From the NCBI GenBank assembly GCA_015075375.1, contig JABTUM010000001.1:117201-181200 (forward strand): a DNA stretch of 64,000 nucleotides, written 5' to 3'. The notes beneath the pieces were generated by a model. It was not told the DNA's origin. It made no database searches and was given only the letters and a program-made list of their open reading frames with translations. The position numbers and the translations under genes are program-made. Of this stretch, positions 57,576-64,000 are shown piece by piece (the stretch's first letter is position 1; every line of letters begins with the position of its first letter). This DNA comes from Planctomycetota bacterium. Lineage in GTDB: Bacteria; Planctomycetota; SZUA-567; H5-PLA8.

Positions 57576-59054
57576 TTAAAATCCGAACCCAAATCCACCG
57601 CTGCGGTACCCGCTGAAACCGCCGAAGCCGACCGAGTAGCGGAAGTTCTTGCTCCCGCCTTGGATATAGAAATTAGAACCGCCGTAGTACCCGTTCCCGT
57701 AGGACGGATACCCGTAGCCGCCGCTGAAATTCGTCCCGAATGCGAACCCGAATTTCTTGTTCCCGTACACGATCCCGGGCGAATACCCGTACTGCCGCTG
57801 GAAGCTCCGGCTCAACGCCGCGTTGCTCGTCCCGCCGCTGTAATACGGTTGGTAGTAATAACTTCCCAGCGTCGCAAAGGTCGCCGTCTGCCCCGGCCCA
57901 AACGGTCCAATCGTCGTCGTGTGCGCCGGCAGCGGCCGCGCCGTGCGATTGAAACTCCCGTCCGGATACCCCACGCCACTCACCCCGCGCGCCGGATCGG
58001 TCAGCTTCGGGTAGCTCGAAAACAGCGTCCCGCCCGTCGCCGAAACGCTTCCCGTGCCAGCATTTACGCCCGGATAGTAACCGTACGTCCGATAGAACTC
58101 CTGCGCCCGGAACGACTCCGCCGAACCCGTCCGCGGCCCGCCTTGCAGCGTGTAATGCGGATCGGCGTAAGCATAAGGCCCGTAGCCGTAACCGTATCCA
58201 ACCGGATAGCCCACAAGAGGATAGCCGTAGCCGACCGTCCCGAAGAACGCGCTCGAATCGCCGTAGCCGATCCCCACGCCGTCGGCGTAGTACGGCGCAT
58301 ACGCATTGCCGATGTACAGCCCGTCGTCGAAACCGAAGTAGCCGTAACGGGATAGCAGATCCTCGCCGGCCTGGAGCCGCGCCTGCCGCTGAGCGAACCG
58401 TTCGGCTTCGCGCATCTCTTCAAGCCGCCGCAGCACTTCATCTTGCGTGAACGCTTCCGCGCTCCGCGGCCCGATCCGCAATTCTTCCGTCTCTTCTTCG
58501 TGCCGCCGGTCGATGATCCAGGCGCGTTCCGCCGGCTTCACCCAAGCCTCGCCCAGCGGCACCAGCCCGCGCTCGCGCCGTTCGGCATCCAAAGCTTCCC
58601 AGCCCGTTGCGGTCTTCGTGTAACCCAACGCCTTGCGAGCGGTTGCGTGATCCGGATGAGCTTCGATCGCGCGTTCGTACGCCGCGCGCGCTTGCACCGA
58701 ATAGCCCGTCCGTTCGGCGTAGAAATCGCCCAGCGCCACCCACGCATCGCCCGCGCCGGCGCCGGTCAGCGCTTCCGCCGCCGCGCGCAGCTTCGCCGCT
58801 TGCGCTTCGACTAAGTCTTCCGCCGGAGCCGACTTACGGATCGCCGCCACTTCGTGCCGCGGAATCGTGACGCGCCCGCGCATCCCGCCGACGCGCACTT
58901 CCAGCGTCACGTGATCCGCATCTTCTTTCACCACCGTACCTTCGCGCACCGATCCGTCCGTAAGCGTGACCGTATCGGCATACGCAATGCCGCATACGCC
59001 CGCCAGCAGCGCCGCGATTCCGAAGCTCAACCCGCGCATCATGCGATTCCCCAA
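57576..59054 (-). CDS. secreted protein with N-terminal globular domain, TPR-like helical region and long Gly/Tyr-rich low-complexity C-terminus
   Basis: A signal peptide MGNRMMRGLSFGIAALLAGVCGIAYA is present. The C-terminal 250 aa consist of GYGYGYGPYAY / GGYGYPSYGNGYYGG / GFGFGF repeats. Confidence 0.6.
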   Translation of the reverse strand: MGNRMMRGLSFGIAALLAGVCGIAYADTVTLTDGSVREGTVVKEDADHVTLEVRVGGMRGRVTIPRHEVAAIRKSAPAEDLVEAQAAKLRAAAEALTGAGAGDAWVALGDFYAERTGYSVQARAAYERAIEAHPDHATARKALGYTKTATGWEALDAERRERGLVPLGEAWVKPAERAWIIDRRHEEETEELRIGPRSAEAFTQDEVLRRLEEMREAERFAQRQARLQAGEDLLSRYGYFGFDDGLYIGNAYAPYYADGVGIGYGDSSAFFGTVGYGYPLVGYPVGYGYGYGPYAYADPHYTLQGGPRTGSAESFRAQEFYRTYGYYPGVNAGTGSVSATGGTLFSSYPKLTDPARGVSGVGYPDGSFNRTARPLPAHTTTIGPFGPGQTATFATLGSYYYQPYYSGGTSNAALSRSFQRQYGYSPGIVYGNKKFGFAFGTNFSGGYGYPSYGNGYYGGSNFYIQGGSKNFRYSVGFGGFSGYRSGGFGFGF

Positions 59055-59461
59055 AGCAACCCCACGCCAATGCCATCGTACCCTTCTAATGGTAAGGACG
59101 CACCCACGAGAATCCGCTTAGTATCGAATGCGGCACGAAGGGCTGAACGTGTGCAGCGCGCCCGAAGGCTTCCGGCTTCGCCGCGGATTTGACGGCATCA
59201 GGCCAATCGTTTGCTCCGACTAAACTTAGGAGGTCGAAATGGTTGGAATCTCTACACGCTCAGGAGTCTTCTAAAGGTGGAGTTCGACCGGCGCTGCACA
59301 TGAGCGCCACAAAGTTCGATTTCTCGCCCTTTGGAGCATTCGCTTTAACACAACCGGCTGCTCTAAGCGTAAAATTAGTGAGGAGTTCCTTTGACTCTGG
59401 GGGCCTTTCTTTGTTCTAGAAGTACCGAGCTTTTCACGGTGGCGTAAGTGCTGTCTTCAAC

Positions 59462-62446
59462 ATGAGTTCGGCAATCACGCATGAGGTGCGTATGACACGA
59501 GCGGCACGAGGCGGAGCGGCGGGACTGTTAGCGGTGGCCGCGGCGGTAAGCGGGATCGCCTTCAGCGGCGCATGGCGCGGGCAAGTCACGGGACAGGAAA
59601 AGGTTACGCCGGCCAGCGTAAACCTGCAGCTCGAACCGACCCCGCTCCAGGCCGACCCCGGCCCGATGGTCGTCGTCGGCGCCGAAGCCGGTAAAGACGG
59701 CGGCACGCACTACTTCTGGGCCGATTTCACGGTCGGCGGCGATTCCTCCAAGTGGCGCCTTTACTTCGACCGCAAGGATAACGAGAACTACCACTTCCTG
59801 GATCGCGCGGGCACGCAGTTGTCGCTCGGCTTGCGCGAAGGCGGCGTCGAGCAGTCGCTCGTCCAAGCCACGCTGCCGGCGGGAGTTCCAGGCGCGATTC
59901 GCGTCGCGCGGCACGGCTCGCTGTGCGGGCTTTTCGTCGCGAACCATTTGCTCGCTTCGGCCTTCGACGATCGCCTCCTGGGTGGCACCGTCGGCCTGCG
60001 CAACCAGGACGAAGGCGCGGTGCTCACCATCGACGCCAAGGCGCGCGACGAGATCCATTTCACCGACGACTTCATGCGCGAGGACAACACCTCCTCGGTC
60101 TGGGCCAAAGTCCGCTGCGGCGAAGGGCGCGGCGACTTCTACATCAAGTCCTTGCGCCATCCGCTCTTAAGCGCCAACGCGTTCGCCTGCATGGGCGCCG
60201 GTCAGGGCGCGATGTACGTCAGCGGGCACGACTGGTGGAGCAACTACCGCTTCCAGAGCGCGATCCGCGGCCCGGAAAACGCGCGCATCGGACTTGTCAT
60301 CGCCTACCAGGACGAACTGAACTACGGGCTCTTCCGCTGGACGGCGCGCCCGGTGCATGCCGACGGGACGCCGTCCGGCCCGGGGCAGCGCGAACTGGTC
60401 CGCGTGCGCAACGGGCAGGAAGAAGTCGTCGCCCAAGCGGCCGGCGGCTACTTGCCTAACCAGTGGTACAAGACCGACTTGCTGGTCACGCACGCGCGCG
60501 TGCAGGTCAATATCGACGGGCATACGCTGATCGAAGCCAGCGATCCGTTCCTGGCCGCAGGAGGCGTGGGGCTTTGGTGCGACGTGCGCTTGCCCGAACA
60601 GGTCGCCGCCGATCCCAAAGCCGCGCCGTTTGCGATCAACAGCTTGTGGGATCTGATGAGCCAGCATGCCGCCTTCGACGACATAAAGGTAAGCACCGTC
60701 AGCAGCTTCGAGGACGACTTCCGCCACTCGGGCGCGCTGGCGCGCGGCTGGCTGGTGGGCACCGGGAGCTGGCACGTCGAGACGGCGCAGGACGGCCGTC
60801 CCGGCGATCTGGTGGTCGATCCGGGCTCGTGGTCGACCAAGAGCCTGATCGGGAACCGCTCCTGGTCGCAGTACAATCTGCAAGCCTCGGTACAACCCGG
60901 ACTTGGGCAAGCGGGGCTGGTCTTCCTGTACCGCGACGAGTCCAACCACTTCATCGCCCGGACCGACGGCCGGCAGCTCGAACTCGTCCGCGTCGCCAAC
61001 GGGCAAGTCCAGTCGCTCGACCGCGCCAAGCTCAAGGAGGCCGCGGCGCGCGACGGCTTTATCCCGCTCAACGCCACCATTAAAGACGACCACATCCGCG
61101 TCACGGCCGCCGACGGGACGACGGTGGAAGGCTTTGAGACGCAAGACGTTCTGCGCGGCCGAGCGGGCTTGTGGGCCGCGCCCGGCGACGGCTCGGGCAC
61201 GCAGCCCGTGCGCTTCCGCGGCTTCCGCCTCACCTTCCTCGAACCGGCGCAGAACCTCGTCACCACCAACGCGATCTTCGAAGACGAGTACACGATGCAG
61301 GCGTGGACGAGTTCGCAGGAAGAATGGATGCGCCCGGCGCGCCCGCTGATCGTCGACGGCCGCCCGGTCAACCTGTACTGGCATTCCAACCAGTTCCCCG
61401 GCGACGTGGAACTGGTGATCGAACCGCGCGAGATCCTCGAAGAAGAGCACGAAGCGGCGCTCTCCGTCGGCAAGGACGGTTCGGGCCGCAACAACGGCTA
61501 CGTCTTCCGTTACCGCGCGGGCATGACCACCGCCGAAGGCAAGAAAGGAACCGTCCTTTCGCTCGTCCGCCAAGGCGAGACGGTCTCCGAACGCATCCTG
61601 GCCGACGGCGAGGTGCGTGAGCTTTCGACGCTCTCGTTGCGCCACGCCGGCTCGTTCCTGATCGGTAAGATCAACGGCAAGCCGTACTTAACCTGGCGCG
61701 ATCCGCAGCCCCTGGAAGGCTCCAAGGTGGCGTACTACACCAAGGGCTTGCTGGCCAAGATCGAGGCGTCCAAGATCATCAGCGAACGCTTCCACGACGA
61801 GTTCTTCAGCAGCGCGCCAACCTCCTGGCGCACGGCCGGTTACGCGATCGCCGAAGTCGCCAACCGCTGGCAGTGCGACCCGCGCTGGTCCTTCTTCTCG
61901 CTCAAGAACGACCGCGCCAAGGGCAAGCCGGCGGTGCTGTGGAGCAAAAAGCTGTACGACGGCGACGTGACGGCGGAGTTCTTCGTCGGCTGCAAGATGG
62001 AAGGCGAGCGCGGCCGGCCGTACACGTACGCGCGCGACATCAACCTCACCATCTGCAGCGACGGCCAGGACTTAACCAAAGGCTACACGTTCATGTTCGG
62101 CGGCCAGGAAAACCAGGCCACGATGATTCTGCGCAACGGCGTCGAAGTGAAGCGCGAGAACGTGACCATCCCGACGAGCATGAAGATTCACCGGCACTGG
62201 TTTTACATCCGCGTCGAGAAGCGCGGCGATAAACTCAGCTACCGCGTGGACAAGTACTTCAACAACATGCCCCAAGGCGCCTTGGAGTACGAAGATCCCA
62301 ACCCGCTCACCGGCAAGCACATCGCGATCTGGACCTACGACAACGCGGTGATGCTCAGCCGCATCCGCATCTCCGGCCAAGGCGGGACCGAGATGGAAGA
62401 TCCGGACCAGGAACTTGCGCCGCTGAAGACGATCTACGATCAATAA
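59462..62446 (+). CDS. large secreted protein (about 990 aa) built of repeated LamG/DUF1080-like beta-sandwich modules
   Basis: A signal-like N-terminus AAGLLAVAAAVSGIAFSGA is present. Roughly 200-aa blocks recur with W..Y..F, LELVRV.NGQ and G..GLW motifs. The domain call is tentative. Confidence 0.55.
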   Translation: MSSAITHEVRMTRAARGGAAGLLAVAAAVSGIAFSGAWRGQVTGQEKVTPASVNLQLEPTPLQADPGPMVVVGAEAGKDGGTHYFWADFTVGGDSSKWRLYFDRKDNENYHFLDRAGTQLSLGLREGGVEQSLVQATLPAGVPGAIRVARHGSLCGLFVANHLLASAFDDRLLGGTVGLRNQDEGAVLTIDAKARDEIHFTDDFMREDNTSSVWAKVRCGEGRGDFYIKSLRHPLLSANAFACMGAGQGAMYVSGHDWWSNYRFQSAIRGPENARIGLVIAYQDELNYGLFRWTARPVHADGTPSGPGQRELVRVRNGQEEVVAQAAGGYLPNQWYKTDLLVTHARVQVNIDGHTLIEASDPFLAAGGVGLWCDVRLPEQVAADPKAAPFAINSLWDLMSQHAAFDDIKVSTVSSFEDDFRHSGALARGWLVGTGSWHVETAQDGRPGDLVVDPGSWSTKSLIGNRSWSQYNLQASVQPGLGQAGLVFLYRDESNHFIARTDGRQLELVRVANGQVQSLDRAKLKEAAARDGFIPLNATIKDDHIRVTAADGTTVEGFETQDVLRGRAGLWAAPGDGSGTQPVRFRGFRLTFLEPAQNLVTTNAIFEDEYTMQAWTSSQEEWMRPARPLIVDGRPVNLYWHSNQFPGDVELVIEPREILEEEHEAALSVGKDGSGRNNGYVFRYRAGMTTAEGKKGTVLSLVRQGETVSERILADGEVRELSTLSLRHAGSFLIGKINGKPYLTWRDPQPLEGSKVAYYTKGLLAKIEASKIISERFHDEFFSSAPTSWRTAGYAIAEVANRWQCDPRWSFFSLKNDRAKGKPAVLWSKKLYDGDVTAEFFVGCKMEGERGRPYTYARDINLTICSDGQDLTKGYTFMFGGQENQATMILRNGVEVKRENVTIPTSMKIHRHWFYIRVEKRGDKLSYRVDKYFNNMPQGALEYEDPNPLTGKHIAIWTYDNAVMLSRIRISGQGGTEMEDPDQELAPLKTIYDQ

Positions 62447-62451
62447 GGAAC

Positions 62452-64000
62452 GATGACCGAACCGACCGCTCCCCCGCCCGCGCAGCCGAAAGCGCGCCTC
62501 ACCCGGATCTTCCTGATCCTGGGCGGGGTGGCGTTGATCGGGTTACTCTGGGGCGCTTTGCACGATTCCAGCGCGCCCGGCGATCCTTCAAGTGCCGGCG
62601 AGGCCGGCGATTCCGCGAACGAACCGGACGGGAACGAACCGTCCCGAGCCGTGCGCATCGAGAGCGACCCGGCCGGCGCGAGCGTGTTCGTCAGCGGGCG
62701 GCTGGTGGGCGCCACGCCCCTTGCCTTGGACCGTTTGGCGCCCGGACGCTACGGGCTGCGCCTGGAAAAAGCCGGGCGCGAACCGCTGGTGGGGCTCCTG
62801 GAATGCACCGGGAAGGCCCAGACCGCGCGCTTCGAGTTGCCGCCGCTGGCTAAAGGCAAGCTGGAGGTAGACATCCAGCCGCGCGGAGCCGAAGTCCTGC
62901 TCAACGGCGAACTCGTCGGACATGCGCCGCTTGCGCTCGATGCGGTCCCGGTGGGGCAGTACGAACTCCTGATCCGCAAAACGAATTTCGAACCTTTCGC
63001 CACGCGCCTGGAAATTCACGCCGGACAAACCCAGCGCTACCACGGCTTTGAGTTGCGCGACAAGATTTTAGGCATGCTCGAGAACATGATCCGGGCCGAG
63101 CCGCAGCGGGTGGCTCACTACATCGACCTGGGGCATTATCAGTTCGTCAACCTGCGCATGGACGAGGCGGTCGATGCCTTCATGCGCGGGCAGGAAATGG
63201 CCGAGAAGCCCCTCGAACTGCCTCCGGACGTCGATCCGGAGGAGCGCGGGCTGCAGGTGCGGCTGCGCTACGAAGACCGCGCCCGGCTGCAGAAGGAACT
63301 CGACAAGCACAAGCGTTGGACCGGCCCGCAGACCGCCGAATTCCGCGATAAGCTCCAGAAGGCCGAGGAGATTTACAGCCGCCGCAACATCGTCTCCTGG
63401 AACTGGGTCGAACTGGCGGCGAACAACCTGCTTGAAAACGGCCAGCATGCCGCCGCCGAACAGCTTTATCTGCAACACCTTGCGAAAGTTCCCGACGGTC
63501 CAAACGCGGTCGAAGCCTACATGGCGCTGCTGGACGTGCGCCTGCAGCAGCGCAATCTTTCCACCGCCGAAGAGCCGTTCGCCAAGATCCTCGAACTGGC
63601 CAAGACTCGCCCCGAGCAGTTGATCAACACCGGTAAACTCTTGCAGCGCTTCCAGAACCGCGTGCGCTTCAACGATCAGGCCGAACTGCTCGAACTGGCC
63701 GAAAAGGCCTACCGCCAAGCCTACGACGCGGCCCAAGCAGGCTTGCAGCGCGGCGAGGCGGCCCTGCTTTTGGGCAACGTCTTGACCACGCAGAAGCATC
63801 CGGTCGAAGCGATCGCCTACTATAAGGAGGCGGCGGCCAATGCGCCGGATACAGGCGAGCGCGAAAATCGCGAGGTCCGTCTGGCCGAGGCGCTGCGGCA
63901 GTCCGAACGCTTCACCGAAGCCAAGGCGCTGTACGAGAAGCTAACCCAGAGCGAAAGCGTTTCGATCCGCGAGAAAGCCAAGACAGGCCTCATCTTAGTC
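62452..64000 (+). CDS. PEGA-domain protein with C-terminal TPR-like repeats (3' end beyond the window)
   Basis: The ATG at 62452 gives MTEPTAPPP.., followed by a TM helix (IFLILGGVALIGLLWGAL). Two PEGA repeats follow (VRIESDPAGASVFVSGRLVGATPLALDRLAPGRYGLRLEKAGREP and LEVDIQPRGAEVLLNGELVGHAPLALDAVPVGQYELLIRK). The frame is open to the window end. It is absent from the ORF track because no stop falls inside the window. Confidence 0.6.

Overview
This is a high-GC (about 65%) bacterial chromosomal segment. It probably comes from an uncultivated soil or aquatic lineage such as Planctomycetes, Verrucomicrobia or Acidobacteria, but I cannot assign it from sequence alone.

From left to right the window contains:
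- gyrB on the minus strand, truncated at the window edge.
- A TPM-domain gene pair.
- A feo iron-uptake cluster (bfd-like, feoB, feoA, a small Cys-rich membrane protein and a second feoA-like gene) with a Fur-box-like palindrome upstream.
- tRNA-Pro(UGG).
- A GntR-type regulator divergent from two very large paralogous secreted proteins.
- cspA.

The most unusual feature follows. It is a roughly 9 kb minus-strand operon (20514..29537) of ten tightly coupled genes that together look like a complete prokaryotic ubiquitin-like conjugation system:
- a small beta-grasp protein ending ..AGG-ARV (Ubl);
- an E1-like ThiF/MoeB enzyme;
- a JAB/MPN metalloprotease (HxHx7Sx2D) fused to a membrane/coiled-coil region;
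- a UBC-fold E2 with an HPN-x6-C active site and a CxxC-rich C-terminal extension;
- three paralogous C4HC3 RING/PHD-like zinc fingers, one fused to a transmembrane trypsin-like protease and two on small zinc-ribbon membrane proteins;
- an FHA-domain membrane protein, a zinc-ribbon membrane protein and a DUF2752 protein.

Downstream are a TPR membrane protein, a DNRLRE/thioredoxin secreted protein, and a lexA-DUF72-imuB-dnaE2 mutagenesis cassette in which DUF72 sits where imuA usually does. Perfect palindromes lie immediately upstream of lexA. Next come a 2430-aa adhesin-like protein (LamG, C-type lectin, PKD, near-identical tandem repeats) and a Ser/Thr-rich pilin-like protein.

The second unusual region is a lower-GC island (about 49.9-57.5 kb). 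It holds eight small unrelated minus-strand ORFs, each bounded at its 3' end by a mosaic repeat. A conserved roughly 70-bp module in that repeat carries stop codons in all three frames and supplies a shared C-terminal peptide to three of the ORFs. I read this as a cassette-array-like structure.

The window ends with a Gly/Tyr-rich secreted protein, a large beta-sandwich-repeat secreted protein, and a 5' partial PEGA/TPR gene.
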